Of a stretch of DNA of 64,000 nucleotides, positions 10,601 through 21,402 are shown piece by piece. This stretch comes from Bacteroidales bacterium. Lineage in GTDB: Bacteria > Bacteroidota > Bacteroidia > Bacteroidales > UBA7960. The translations under genes were made by a program, and so were the position numbers. How positions within the stretch are numbered: position 1 is the stretch's first letter; each line of letters begins with the position of its first letter. A model generated the notes under the pieces. That model had not been told where the DNA came from and made no database searches. It saw nothing but the letters and a program-made list of their open reading frames with translations. Location: positions 13,025-77,024 of the forward strand of contig JBKBSF010000003.1 in NCBI GenBank assembly GCA_046291875.1. The letters run 5' to 3'.

Positions 10601-11002
10601 ATGAAGATCAGATATTTACTTCCGGCCATACTTTGGTCATTTGTTATTTTGCTTATCATCGGGTTGCCCGGAAGTAATATCCCTAAAACCAACCTCTTTA
10701 CTCTGCCTCATTTCGACAAGCTGGTACACGCTTTCATGTTTGCCGGTTTTGGTCTTTTTCTGGCATATGGTTTTATCAAACAGGACAAAGAGGAAAAAAT
10801 TCACCGGCATGCTTATATTGCAAGTATTACTTTTTGCGTTCTTTATGGAGGAGCAACGGAATTGATCCAGCACTACTGGGTTTCAGGCCGAAGTGGAGAG
10901 TGGGCCGATATGCTGGCCAATACTCTGGGCGCCATGGCAGGAGTAGCACTCCTGGATGCCATTCGCCGCAACGCCCGTTTGTCAGCCTTTTTTTCGCTGT
11001 AA
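10601..11002 (+). CDS. VanZ-family membrane protein
   Basis: DKLVHAFMF, TELIQ and GRSGEWADMLANTLG motifs. Confidence 0.88.
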   Translation: MKIRYLLPAILWSFVILLIIGLPGSNIPKTNLFTLPHFDKLVHAFMFAGFGLFLAYGFIKQDKEEKIHRHAYIASITFCVLYGGATELIQHYWVSGRSGEWADMLANTLGAMAGVALLDAIRRNARLSAFFSL

Positions 11003-11101
11003 AATGCCTTTGGCCATATTAGTAAAAAATTCGTATATTAGCAGGCCGTAACATTTAAATCACGCAGGCTATTCCTGTACAAACCAAGATAATTAATTTT
11101 T

Positions 11102-11776
11102 ATGGAAGCAAAAAAAACCCCAAAAGCCGACCTGGAGAGCAAAAAGCGCATATTCCTGCAGATAGGGATTGTGGTTTCTCTCATGGCTGTGTGGATGGCT
11201 TTTGAATGGAGGCAGTATGAAAGGCAGGTTGTAGACCTGGGCATGCTGGAGATCGAGATCATCGAAGAAGAAGATATTCCGATCACCAGGCCAGAAACAC
11301 CGCCCCCACCGCCCCCACCGGAGCCCTCTACCGAACTGATCATCGTTGACGATGATATTGAAATCGACGAAGAGTTTACGATTGACACCGAGGCTACTGT
11401 ATTTACACAAGTTCAGGAGTTCGTGCCTATCATCGTTCAGGAAGAAGAAATTGCAGAAGAAACCATCTTTACCATTGTGGAAGACCAACCCAGCTTTCCT
11501 GGTGGCGATGCAGCCCTGATGCAGTTTCTGAGCAGCAACCTGCGTTATCCTACCATGGCCCGTGAAGCTGGCATCCAGGGTATTGTATTCGTTACCTTCG
11601 TTGTGGAGCGCGACGGAAGCATTACCGATGTAAGGATCCTCAGAGGTGTAGGTGGTGGTTTGGATGAAGAAGCCGTAAGGGTTGTAAGATCCATGCCACG
11701 CTGGACCCCCGGCCGCCAGAGAGGCCAGGCTGTTAGGGTACAGTTTAACCTGCCCATCCGCTTCGTTCTCAACTAA
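11102..11776 (+). CDS. tonB: TonB energy transducer
   Basis: N-terminal TM helix, poly-Pro linker, C-terminal PSFPGG...YPTMAREAGIQG...WTPG domain. Confidence 0.92.
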   Translation: MEAKKTPKADLESKKRIFLQIGIVVSLMAVWMAFEWRQYERQVVDLGMLEIEIIEEEDIPITRPETPPPPPPPEPSTELIIVDDDIEIDEEFTIDTEATVFTQVQEFVPIIVQEEEIAEETIFTIVEDQPSFPGGDAALMQFLSSNLRYPTMAREAGIQGIVFVTFVVERDGSITDVRILRGVGGGLDEEAVRVVRSMPRWTPGRQRGQAVRVQFNLPIRFVLN

Positions 11777-11795
11777 GCAAACGACGACATTTTGT

Positions 11796-11831
11796 AAAAA
11801 AACTGCAATCTCAAGGTTGCAGTTTTTTTTT
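11796..11831. terminator. Bidirectional intrinsic terminator between convergent tonB and recG
   Basis: AAAAAAACTGCAAT-CTCAAG-GTTGCAGTTTTTTTTT hairpin with A- and T-tracts. Confidence 0.85.
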
Positions 11832-11842
11832 GTCCCATCCTG

Positions 11843-13951
11843 TCAGCTGATTTTACTCCAGCTCTGGGAGTGTAAAAATTTTCTCCGAAGAGTTTGCACC
11901 ATTATCTGGTTCTCTTCGCGGGTCAACCCCGGATCCTTATCCAGTATTTCCATTGCCTTTTGCCGGGCATAGCGAAGGATTTTTTCATCTTTTCCAAGGT
12001 CGGCAATCTTCAGATCGAGCAGTCCGCTTTGCTGGGTACCGTGGATATCGCCGGGGCCCCTGAGTTGCATATCGGTTTCGGCAATCACAAAACCATCGTT
12101 GGTATGGACCATGGTTTGCAGACGCTTGCGGGCATCGGCTGAAAGTTTGCTGCTGCTCATAAGAATGCACCACGACTGGTCGGCTCCACGCCCTACCCTG
12201 CCCCTGAGCTGGTGCAACTGCGACAGACCAAACCGTTCGGCACTCTCTATAACCATTACGCTGGCATTGGGCACATTGATACCCACTTCAATCACGGTGG
12301 TGGCCACCATAATCTGGGTTTCGCCCTTTACAAACCGCTGCATTTCGTAATCCTTATCAGCGGCTTTCATTTTTCCGTGCACAATGCTTACGGCATATCG
12401 GGGCAGGGGAAACTCGCGCACAATGCTTTCGTAGCCATCCTGCAGATCTTTCAGGTCGAGGGTTTCAGACTCCTGTATCAGCGGATACACAACATACACC
12501 TGCCGGCCCAGCTCTATCTGCTGGCGCATAAAGCCAAATACTTTCAGCCGGTGGGAATCGTACTGGTGGAGGGTCTTGATGGGTTTTCTGCCCGGAGGCA
12601 TTTCGTCAATCACCGACACATCCAGGTCGCCATACAGGGTCATGGCAAGGGTTCGGGGAATGGGAGTGGCTGTCATGACCAGCACATGGGGGGGTGTGGT
12701 ATTTTTCTTCCACAACCGGGCACGCTGGACCACACCAAAACGATGCTGCTCATCAATAACTACCATGCCCAGGTTGGCAAACACCACCGAATCTTCTATC
12801 AGGGCATGGGTGCCCACCAGAATATGCACACTACCACTCTGCAGCCCCTGGTCGATCTCTCTTCGGGCACTCTTACGTGTAGTGCCGGTGAGCAATCTGA
12901 TCTCTATACCCAACCCCTGCAGCAGCTCACTGATACTCTCGAAATGCTGGTTGGCCAGCACTTCGGTGGGCGCCATAAGGCAAGCCTGGCATTGGTTGTC
13001 CAGGGCCATGAGCATCGTCAACACCGCCACGATGGTTTTTCCGCTGCCCACATCGCCCTGGAGCAACCGGTTCATCTGCTTGCCCGACAGGGTATCCTGG
13101 CGAATCTCCTTTACTACTTTCTTCTGGGCACCGGTGAGTTCAAAACGCAGGTTGTTGTGGTAAAAACCATTGAAATACTCCCCAATATTGCGAAAGAAAT
13201 GCCCCTGCACCTCCCCTGAACGTACATGCTTGATTCGAAGCATATTGAGCTGGAGAAAGAACAACTCATCAAACTTCAGGCGCGCCTGGGCACGTTGCAG
13301 AGTAAGTGCATTTTCGGGAAAATGGATGTTGAAAAGAGCCTGACGCAAACTCAAAAGCCGGAGGTCTTCGCGCAGGTAGCCCGGCAGGGTTTCGTTGACA
13401 TGATCCTTTACCAGGGGGAGCAATGTCCTGATGAGCTTGCTTATGCCTTTACTGTCGAGCCCTCTGGCTTTGAGCTTCTCGCCCGAATTGTAAACCGGTT
13501 GCATACTGGCCTGCTGATTGAGTGCGGCAGGGCTTACCGGCTCTGTTTCAGGGTGAGCGATGGAGAATTTGCTGCCAAAGCGGCTGGGCTTACCAAAAAC
13601 GATATACTCCTGCCCGGGAAGAAATTTTCCTTTAAGCCATTTAAAACCGTTGAACCAGATCAGCTCAACCTGCATTCCCTGATCGTCGGTGAGCAGGGCG
13701 GTCATGCGGGTGGTGCGCTTTTGTCCATGAAGCTGTATCTGGCTGATCTGCCCCCTGATCTGCACATAAGGCATCTCTTCGGTAATCTCGCGGATTTTGT
13801 AAAACCGGCTGCGATCGATATATCGGAAAGGGTATAAATGCAGCAAGTCCTCATAGCAGAAGACCTGAAGCTCTTTGTTCAGCAATTCTGCCCTTTGAGG
13901 ACCTACTCCCTTGAGATATTCGATGGGGGTTCTCAGAATTTCAGAAGACAT
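11843..13951 (-). CDS. recG: ATP-dependent DNA helicase RecG
   Basis: QGDVGSGKT, DEQHRFG, MTATPIPRTL and QLRGRVGRG motifs. Confidence 0.97.
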   Translation of the reverse strand: MSSEILRTPIEYLKGVGPQRAELLNKELQVFCYEDLLHLYPFRYIDRSRFYKIREITEEMPYVQIRGQISQIQLHGQKRTTRMTALLTDDQGMQVELIWFNGFKWLKGKFLPGQEYIVFGKPSRFGSKFSIAHPETEPVSPAALNQQASMQPVYNSGEKLKARGLDSKGISKLIRTLLPLVKDHVNETLPGYLREDLRLLSLRQALFNIHFPENALTLQRAQARLKFDELFFLQLNMLRIKHVRSGEVQGHFFRNIGEYFNGFYHNNLRFELTGAQKKVVKEIRQDTLSGKQMNRLLQGDVGSGKTIVAVLTMLMALDNQCQACLMAPTEVLANQHFESISELLQGLGIEIRLLTGTTRKSARREIDQGLQSGSVHILVGTHALIEDSVVFANLGMVVIDEQHRFGVVQRARLWKKNTTPPHVLVMTATPIPRTLAMTLYGDLDVSVIDEMPPGRKPIKTLHQYDSHRLKVFGFMRQQIELGRQVYVVYPLIQESETLDLKDLQDGYESIVREFPLPRYAVSIVHGKMKAADKDYEMQRFVKGETQIMVATTVIEVGINVPNASVMVIESAERFGLSQLHQLRGRVGRGADQSWCILMSSSKLSADARKRLQTMVHTNDGFVIAETDMQLRGPGDIHGTQQSGLLDLKIADLGKDEKILRYARQKAMEILDKDPGLTREENQIMVQTLRRKFLHSQSWSKIS

Positions 13952-14034
13952 GCCAGCATTTGGATGGATGAAGGCATAAAGATAGAAAATGATATGCAAA
14001 CAAAAAACTCTTCTGAAAAAGCTGAGCTCCGATA

Positions 14035-14607
14035 CTATTCAGCAATCTTTTTGGCGTTGATCTCCACCTTGAGGATAAAGAAATAGCTCTGCTCGTCGAG
14101 GGGAAGAAACTGATAAACCAGTTTGTTGCGGGTTCTTTTGGCAATTTCAATCAGCCCCAGACCGGCACCCCCTTTATCAGAGATACGCCCTTCGGTGATT
14201 TGCTTCTTGTACATCTCCTTGAGCTGCTCGCGGCTGGCGGCATTCACCTCTTTGATGGCCTTCTCCAGATCAACCTTTTTGCTATGGGTTACCTTGTTGG
14301 AGGTGATGATATAATAGGTATCATCCTTCTTGCCAATCATAAACAAGCCTTTGCCAATATTATATCTGTCGGCAATTTCATCGGAATGCTTTGCCATATT
14401 CTGCAGGGTTTCCACCATAACAGAATACACCTTACGGATGATGGATTTCTCCTCATCTTTGCGGTCCATGTCTTCCTCTGCCATGGAGGTAAACATTTTG
14501 GTAATTTGATGATGAAACTCTCCCAGGTAAACAATCGACATACCATTTTCCGACATTTCATCATACACATTCAGCACTGACTTGATAAAGGCTACATTCA
14601 ATTTCAT
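14035..14607 (-). CDS. SiaB-family protein kinase (DUF6272-like)
   Basis: VYSVMVETLQNMAKHS and SDKGGAGLGLIEIAK motifs. Confidence 0.85.
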   Translation of the reverse strand: MKLNVAFIKSVLNVYDEMSENGMSIVYLGEFHHQITKMFTSMAEEDMDRKDEEKSIIRKVYSVMVETLQNMAKHSDEIADRYNIGKGLFMIGKKDDTYYIITSNKVTHSKKVDLEKAIKEVNAASREQLKEMYKKQITEGRISDKGGAGLGLIEIAKRTRNKLVYQFLPLDEQSYFFILKVEINAKKIAE

Positions 14608-15221
14608 CCGTGAAAAGATTTTTGGGTTAATGTGTAATGGAACACTTTGTTTGCTTACTCACCATCGCCGGGCTAAGCTGCAGGGGTTGTTGCGTGGCAT
14701 TTAAAGCATTCAGGTTCATTACGACAGAATTTGTTTTTAGGATTATGAATGGGGCGGGCATCAATGCGGAGATTCTCTGCCATTGGCCGGATCACTCATA
14801 ATGGTGGTTTACAATAACAATTTTAAAAATTCCCCCCGTTGTTCGGGCTCAATTAACTATATATACGTAAGCTTTGGCGATAAAGGTTGCTAAATTATAA
14901 AAAAAAACAGAGGATAAATTACGTAAATCGCCTATTTATTAATCCTTTGCATCGATTTACTGATTTTGGATGCATCCCGGGTTTGTTCACCAGCGAACAA
15001 TCCCTGTGCTGTAGCGGACAATCCTGAGACTTCTCTGCTTCAAAATCAACCCAGAATAAACATTTATCTTCCTGATTTAATGTCGTTTTGCATGCACGGC
15101 ACAATTTTGGTTAAAGGAGTTCGACCACAAAAACCCACATCCTGGTTTTGCTTTTCCCCGCTAACCCTGGCAGCAAAACCCGGAAATTACTCCATTATTA
15201 ACCTAAAACTTTTTTTGCACA

Positions 15222-17579
15222 ATGCGAATTCATGTGAATTGCCTTTTCATGTTTTTTTTACTGAGCCTTTTCATGGTACAGGTAGCCCATCCTTCTCCTT
15301 CCGAAAGTGGCATCCGTACCGTTATCAAAGGGCAGATGCGCGATGCCCAAACGGGTGAGGACCTCATTGGCGCTACCGTTTATGTGCGCGAGCTGGCCAC
15401 CGGTGCCGTTTCCAACCTTTATGGCTTCTACAGCCTGAACATCCCTGCGGGGGAGTACACTCTGGTTTTTTCTTTTATGGGCTATCAGAGCCAGGTGCAC
15501 CAGGTCTCTCTCACCGAAACCATTGTACTGAATGTAGAGCTTGAACCCTCCTCACGCCAGCTGGCAGAGGTAGTAGTAACGGGCGAACGCCCCGACCAGA
15601 ACGTGATCGACGTACGCATGAGCAGCAACAACCTGCGGATGGAAACTATAAAAACACTGCCCGCCTTCATGGGCGAAGTAGATGTAATGAAAAGCCTTAT
15701 GCTGCTACCCGGGGTAAGCTCCGGAGGAGAAGGTTCCACAGGCCTTTTTGTAAGAGGTGGCAATGTGGACCAGAACCTGATCCTGCTCGACGAAGCTACC
15801 GTTTACAATGCCTCGCACCTGATGGGGTTCTTCAGCGTTTTTAATCCCGATGCCATCAAAGATGTGCAGATCTACAAGGGGGGGATGCCTGCACACTACG
15901 GAGGAAGGCTTTCGTCGGTGGTCGATATCCGCATGAAAGAAGGAAACTCAAGAAGGTTTGCCGCCACAGGGGGCTATGGAAATATCTCCAGCCGACTGAC
16001 CGTGGAAGGACCCCTGCAGAGGAATGTAAGCAGCTTTATCCTTTCCGGACGCCGAACCTATGCCGATTTGTTCCTCCCCTTCTCTGCCGACACCAACCTG
16101 CGTAAGTCGCGCCTGTATTTTTACGATCTCAACGCCAAAGCAAACTACCGCTTCAACGACAAAAACCGTATCTTCTTCAGTGGCTATTTCGGAAGAGATG
16201 TATTGAAAGTGGCCGATGAGTTCAACATGGGGTGGGGCAACAGCACCGCCACCATGCGCTGGAACCATATCTTCAACAGCCGGATTTTTTCTAACTTCAC
16301 CCTTATCTATTCCAACTTCGACTACAACCTGGGGGCCAACTATGGTGTAAACTCATGGATATGGGATTCTCAGATCGAGAACTACTCTCTCAAGTCAGAC
16401 TTCACCTTTTACCTTTCCCCCCGCAGTACAGTGCGCTTTGGCATGCAGAACCATTATCATCTTTTTCATCCCGGTGCTATACGGGGCAAGGGTGAGCAAT
16501 CGGGTGTAAACGATTTTGCACTTCCGCGCAACCAGGCTCTCGAACATGCACTCTACCTGAGCAACGAGCAAACCATTGGCAACCTGCTTACCCTGGAATA
16601 CGGCATCCGTTACTCCCTGTTTCAGAACATGGGTAAAGCCACCGTATATGAGATCGATTCGCAATATGCTGTAACCGATACTCTGCATTATGAAAAGGGA
16701 GAGATCTACCACTACGATCATGGACTGGAGCCCCGCCTTGCCATGGTATACCGGTTGGGCGAGAGCCAGTCGGTAAAAGCCAGCTACAATCGTACCCGGC
16801 AATACCTGCAGCAAACCCAGACCACCACAACCGGCACACCAACCGATATATGGTTTCCTGCAAGCCCCAACATAAAGGCACAGATGGCCGACCAATGGGC
16901 GGCAGGCTATTTCCGCAATTTCTATGACAACACCTTCGAAACCTCCCTTGAGGTATATTACAAAACCATGGGCAACCAGCTCGATTTCAGAGACCGGGCC
17001 GAAGTATTGCTCAACCCCCTGATGGAGGCCGATCTGCGCTCGGGCAAAGCCTGGTCGTATGGATTGGAGCTTATGCTCAGTAAAACACAAGGCGATTTTA
17101 CCGGATGGTTCAGCTATACCCTCTCCAGGGCCTGGCAGCAGATAGAGGGCATCAACGATGGCAGAAAGTATCCTGCGGCCTTCGATCGCCCGCACGACCT
17201 GAGCATTGTTCTGGCCTACGACATAACATCACAATTGAATATTTCGGCCAACTGGGTATACCAAACCGGCAAACCCACTACTTTGCCTGTGGGCCGCTAC
17301 GAATACGGCGGAGTGATCATTCCGGTTTTTGCCGGTCGAAACGAGTCGCGCATGCCCGACTACCATCGCCTCGACCTGTCTATGACCTGGTACCGCAAAC
17401 AAAAGCCAGGCAGAAACTGGCAGACCAACTGGAACCTCTCTGTATACAACGCCTATTTGCGCAAAAACGCCTTTCAGTACCAGTTCCGCCAAAACGAACA
17501 GAACCGCTACCAAACCGATGCTTATATGATCTACCTGTTCAGCATTGTACCGGCATTGACCTACAATTTTTCATTCTGA
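15222..17579 (+). CDS. TonB-dependent receptor
   Basis: Signal peptide, carboxypeptidase-regulatory-like N-domain, plug (LLPGV...VRGGNVDQN), C-terminal YNFSF. Confidence 0.93.
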   Translation: MRIHVNCLFMFFLLSLFMVQVAHPSPSESGIRTVIKGQMRDAQTGEDLIGATVYVRELATGAVSNLYGFYSLNIPAGEYTLVFSFMGYQSQVHQVSLTETIVLNVELEPSSRQLAEVVVTGERPDQNVIDVRMSSNNLRMETIKTLPAFMGEVDVMKSLMLLPGVSSGGEGSTGLFVRGGNVDQNLILLDEATVYNASHLMGFFSVFNPDAIKDVQIYKGGMPAHYGGRLSSVVDIRMKEGNSRRFAATGGYGNISSRLTVEGPLQRNVSSFILSGRRTYADLFLPFSADTNLRKSRLYFYDLNAKANYRFNDKNRIFFSGYFGRDVLKVADEFNMGWGNSTATMRWNHIFNSRIFSNFTLIYSNFDYNLGANYGVNSWIWDSQIENYSLKSDFTFYLSPRSTVRFGMQNHYHLFHPGAIRGKGEQSGVNDFALPRNQALEHALYLSNEQTIGNLLTLEYGIRYSLFQNMGKATVYEIDSQYAVTDTLHYEKGEIYHYDHGLEPRLAMVYRLGESQSVKASYNRTRQYLQQTQTTTTGTPTDIWFPASPNIKAQMADQWAAGYFRNFYDNTFETSLEVYYKTMGNQLDFRDRAEVLLNPLMEADLRSGKAWSYGLELMLSKTQGDFTGWFSYTLSRAWQQIEGINDGRKYPAAFDRPHDLSIVLAYDITSQLNISANWVYQTGKPTTLPVGRYEYGGVIIPVFAGRNESRMPDYHRLDLSMTWYRKQKPGRNWQTNWNLSVYNAYLRKNAFQYQFRQNEQNRYQTDAYMIYLFSIVPALTYNFSF

Positions 17580-17617
17580 TCCAAAAACCAATCCTCCAAC
17601 CCGTTCCCAAAAAAATT

Positions 17618-17753
17618 TGAAACTTGCATGAGCACTGCGGCTAACAAAAAAAAGATGAACCGAAGCTCGACGCAGTCAAAATCAACATGCAAATCCCCCC
17701 GCAAAGGCGGGGCAGGCATACGACCAGTGAATTAACTAAATAATTTTCTAATG
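17618..17753 (+). repeat. Copy A of a structured 110-bp repeat plus a 26-nt tail ending at the ATG of the next gene
   Basis: Aligns with 62368-62477 and 62478-62587; tail 17728-17753 matches 62612-62637 at 24/26 nt. Confidence 0.9.
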
Positions 17754-18578
17754 ATTATGAAATCCTTCAAACCCCTCTATACCACCTTGCTGCTTGCCAT
17801 TTCTCTTTTGATGATGGCCTGTGAAGAAAAAATTGAACTGAAAGTGCCCGACCACCAGCTTTCGATCCTGGTGGTAGATGGCATGATCACCTCCGACACC
17901 ACCACCCACCATGTATTTCTGAGCCTTACGGGCAGTTTCTACATGGATGAGATCACACCCCGGGTGAGCGGTGCCCAGGTAAGCATCAGCGACAATCTGG
18001 GCAATGTTTTCCCCCTCACAGAGGGCTCTCCGGGCATCTATCAGACCCAGCCCGATGTATATGGTCAGGTAGGTGTTACCTACACCCTGCACATTGTGCA
18101 TGAGGGCAAAACCTACCAGGCTACCAGTACCATGAAGCGCAATGCACCCATCGATTCGCTTTCACAGCGCTGGGATCCGATGCTGGAATATTACAGGATA
18201 CTGCTCTACGGGCAGGAGCCGGCCGGTAAAGGCGATTGCTATATGTGGCACCTCTATCGCAATGGCGTCAGGGTTACCTACAACATTGCCAAAGTAATGG
18301 TAACCGACGATAATTTTATCGATGGCAATTACATCAATGGTTTTGAAGTAGACTGGTGGGCCAACGATTTCAACTTCCAATCGGGCGACACCATTACAGT
18401 GGCCCAGCATAGCCTTACCCGCGAGGCTTATGATTTCATCCTGGCAGTTTTTACCGAGCACAACGGAGGCATGGGAGGCATGCGCCCCCCGGCCAACCTG
18501 CCCTCCAACATCAGCAATGGCGCCAAGGGTTTGTTTCATGCATCGGCGGTAAACTATGCTACCCGTGTGCTGGATTAA
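17751..18578 (+). CDS. DUF4249-family lipoprotein
   Basis: Lipobox MMAC-EEKI, LVVDGMIT, C-terminal PANLPSNISNGAKGLF; follows a TonB-dependent receptor. Confidence 0.88.
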   Translation: MIMKSFKPLYTTLLLAISLLMMACEEKIELKVPDHQLSILVVDGMITSDTTTHHVFLSLTGSFYMDEITPRVSGAQVSISDNLGNVFPLTEGSPGIYQTQPDVYGQVGVTYTLHIVHEGKTYQATSTMKRNAPIDSLSQRWDPMLEYYRILLYGQEPAGKGDCYMWHLYRNGVRVTYNIAKVMVTDDNFIDGNYINGFEVDWWANDFNFQSGDTITVAQHSLTREAYDFILAVFTEHNGGMGGMRPPANLPSNISNGAKGLFHASAVNYATRVLD

Positions 18579-18766
18579 CGCACCCTGTGCAGCCAAAGAT
18601 GCTTTTTGTTCAGATTTGTACTGGCAGCATTGCGGATAAGAGCAATACTATGGAACCCTTGAGCTCAAATTGAACTTTTCGCCCTGAAATACCATTTTAT
18701 GTTTGCAAAATCCTTCAGCAGGATTTATTTTCCTAATTTTGCATACAGACAAACACAGTATTTCTG

Positions 18767-19738
18767 ATGAACCTCAATGAGATCAAGGCTCCGGCAGATG
18801 CCCACATGAAAGAATTCGAACATCGGTTTCGCAATTCCATGAAAAGCAAGGTACCTCTGCTCGACAAAATCACCCGCTACATTGTAAAGCGCAAAGGCAA
18901 ACAGATCAGACCCCTGTTCGTTTTCTTTACCGCCGGATTGTGTGGCGATATCAGCGAACGCACCTATCGTGCTGCATCGCTCATAGAACTGCTGCATACA
19001 GCTACCCTTATACACGACGATGTGGTTGACGACTCCAACGAACGCAGAGGATTTTTCTCACTCAATGCCCTTTGGAAGAACAAAATATCGGTACTGGTAG
19101 GCGACTACCTGCTCTCGCGCGGATTGCTGCTGGCCCTTGACAACGACGACTTCGACCTGCTGAAGATTGTTTCGCGTTCGGTAAAACAAATGAGCGAAGG
19201 CGAACTGCTCCAGCTGGAAAAAGCCCGCAACCTCGACATCAGGGAGGATATTTACTTTGAGATTATCCGTAAAAAAACCGCTTCACTCATTGCTTCCTGC
19301 TTCGAGAGTGGTGCGGCTTCAGCTGGCGCCTCCAGCGAGATACAGGAAAAAATGCGACTGATGGGCGAATACACCGGTATTGCCTTCCAGATCAAAGACG
19401 ATCTGCTGGATTTCAACAATGGTAAGAACACCGGCAAACCTACCGGAGGCGATATCAAGGAACGTAAAATGACACTGCCCCTGATCTATTTGCTGGAGCA
19501 GTCATCGTACCTTGAAAAGCGCAAAATCATCAACATCGTGAAAAACCATAACCAGGACCCCGATAAGGTGGCCCTGCTTATGGATTGGGTAAACCGAAGC
19601 GGAGGTATTGACTATGCCCGTCAGAAGATGGAAGAAAACCTGCAGAAGGCTTTCCACATTCTCGATACCCTGCCCGATAACCCCTGGCGCAAATCACTCC
19701 GCGACCTGGTGCAATTTACCATTGACAGGGAAAACTGA
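18767..19738 (+). CDS. Long-chain polyprenyl diphosphate synthase (IspB-like)
   Basis: GKQIRP, HDDVVD..RRG, KTASL and FQIKDDLLD motifs. Confidence 0.93.
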   Translation: MNLNEIKAPADAHMKEFEHRFRNSMKSKVPLLDKITRYIVKRKGKQIRPLFVFFTAGLCGDISERTYRAASLIELLHTATLIHDDVVDDSNERRGFFSLNALWKNKISVLVGDYLLSRGLLLALDNDDFDLLKIVSRSVKQMSEGELLQLEKARNLDIREDIYFEIIRKKTASLIASCFESGAASAGASSEIQEKMRLMGEYTGIAFQIKDDLLDFNNGKNTGKPTGGDIKERKMTLPLIYLLEQSSYLEKRKIINIVKNHNQDPDKVALLMDWVNRSGGIDYARQKMEENLQKAFHILDTLPDNPWRKSLRDLVQFTIDREN

Positions 19739-19784
19739 GTTGCCGATCCTTGCCCTACCTCAACACCTAACAGTTGACTGCGGG

Positions 19785-20597
19785 TTAAAATCTGAAGGAA
19801 AGCCCCAGGCCCCACTGCCAATAAGAGTGCCCTGTCAATCCGGTACCCCAAAAGGTGTCTATCTGTATGTCAGGGGAAATCAGATACATTACTCCAGCAT
19901 TGATGTGATGTGTATTCGGAAGGTTCGCCTCATCAAATTCTGAATAATACTCCAGGTATAAGCTGAGGTTGTGCAAGGTTGCCGCCTCAAGACCCACGGC
20001 AAATGCAGAATAGTTCTCATTCGCATCCCAAAAGCCCAGATAAACTGATCCAAAGATATCCAACCAGGAGTTTATACCATAATCACCGAGAAAACCGATA
20101 TAGGGAAAAAAGGTAGTAAGGTCGTCGGACCTTTGAAACATCAGGTTGCCCAGCAAAGACAAATTCCCGTCTACATGCCTCAGGAGGCTCAACTTAGCCC
20201 CTACTCCATAATATGAAAAATCATAGAGTTTTTTATCCAACAACCCCACGCCACTCCACTCCAGGTTCAGCTCAAGTTTGGGCAGGACACCAAACCGGAT
20301 ATTGGTCTGGGGGAAAAATATCATACTGAACGGTATGCTGAGATCGTACCGGGTGTATTCATAACCCAGTTCAACATAAACTCCACCCGGATTAACGATA
20401 TAAGTACCCGTGCTGAAGCCCGGTCGGTCAGGCACAAAGGGATTTTCTGACAACCCATCATAAGAGGCAAGAAAAAGCAACAAGATGCCCAAAAGCAATG
20501 CGCCAGGCCTAAAAAAAGTCCTTTCGAAAAGGAAGCAGAACCACCGAACCACAACATAGAGAAATATTTTGTTTTTTACTTTGATAGTTACACCCAT
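19785..20597 (-). CDS. Outer-membrane beta-barrel protein (MetA-pathway 'transporter' family-like); start uncertain
   Basis: PDRPGFS motif after a signal-like segment, amphipathic strands, C-terminal GLSFRF. Confidence 0.7.
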   Translation of the reverse strand: MGVTIKVKNKIFLYVVVRWFCFLFERTFFRPGALLLGILLLFLASYDGLSENPFVPDRPGFSTGTYIVNPGGVYVELGYEYTRYDLSIPFSMIFFPQTNIRFGVLPKLELNLEWSGVGLLDKKLYDFSYYGVGAKLSLLRHVDGNLSLLGNLMFQRSDDLTTFFPYIGFLGDYGINSWLDIFGSVYLGFWDANENYSAFAVGLEAATLHNLSLYLEYYSEFDEANLPNTHHINAGVMYLISPDIQIDTFWGTGLTGHSYWQWGLGLSFRF

Positions 20598-20777
20598 GCA
20601 CTCTCATGGGTTAGATGGATAAAAATATAAAAAATTAAGACATGCAACAACGCGTTGCAAAAACCGCCTTATTCATTTTATATGAGGAACCCGGTACTAA
20701 AATAAGTTTCAACCTGAACAAAAGCCTATGGCTGATTGAAAAAACAATATGCTGCTAAGGAGGAATGCCAGTATATC

Positions 20778-20905
20778 TGCACAGCTTTGCAGGCAAGCAG
20801 GGTTATTCATAAAATATATTGATTCTAAATTGCGATGTGTGCAGATTTAGCTATGAAGAATAAAGAAATGTGGGGTATATTTGGGGATAGAATTTGGTTG
20901 TGGCC
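20778..20905 (+). promoter_or_regulatory. Leader 1: promoter-bearing attI-like site ending in core GTTGTGGCC
   Basis: Ungapped 101/123 match to 24418-24540; TATATTTG -7 motif at 20876-20883; similarity ends at GTTG (20897-20900). The attI role is inference. Confidence 0.7.
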
Positions 20906-20958
20906 AATAAAAGAAGACTTCTGTAGAGTAAAAAATTAAACCCTTTAAACAGTTGATT

Positions 20959-21327
20959 ATGAAACATCTTGCATTCAAATTCGGACTAATATTTACAATG
21001 ATTTTGTTAATATCCTGTGACGGTGAAGCAGGACTGGACGGAACCGTAAAGGATAGCAAAACAGGTGAGAAGATTGCAGATGTCAAGATTGAGATGACTT
21101 CATATTATAAAACGATTAATACAATGACAGATTCATCTGGAGCTTTTTATGCATCGCATGGATACAATTGTGGAATTAAAAAATGTGATGATAGTTTTAC
21201 AATAAAATTTGAAAAAGAAGGATATGAGAAACTTGAACTTGACGAAAATTATCGTTCCAAGACAGATTATGTAGAGATTGTTGGCTATAATACAATTATT
21301 AAACTCACCCGACTTGAGAGCGAATAA
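20959..21327 (+). CDS. Small lipoprotein with a carboxypeptidase-regulatory-like domain (cassette 1 cargo)
   Basis: Lipobox LISC, GTVKDSKTGEKI, TDSSGAF, FEKEGYE; AT-rich. Confidence 0.8.
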   Translation: MKHLAFKFGLIFTMILLISCDGEAGLDGTVKDSKTGEKIADVKIEMTSYYKTINTMTDSSGAFYASHGYNCGIKKCDDSFTIKFEKEGYEKLELDENYRSKTDYVEIVGYNTIIKLTRLESE

Positions 21328-21402
21328 TACTCGTCTATTGTGGATTGACAATTTGCTGAACTTTAAATAATGTATAAAACAATTGAAATACAACAATTTA
21401 CC

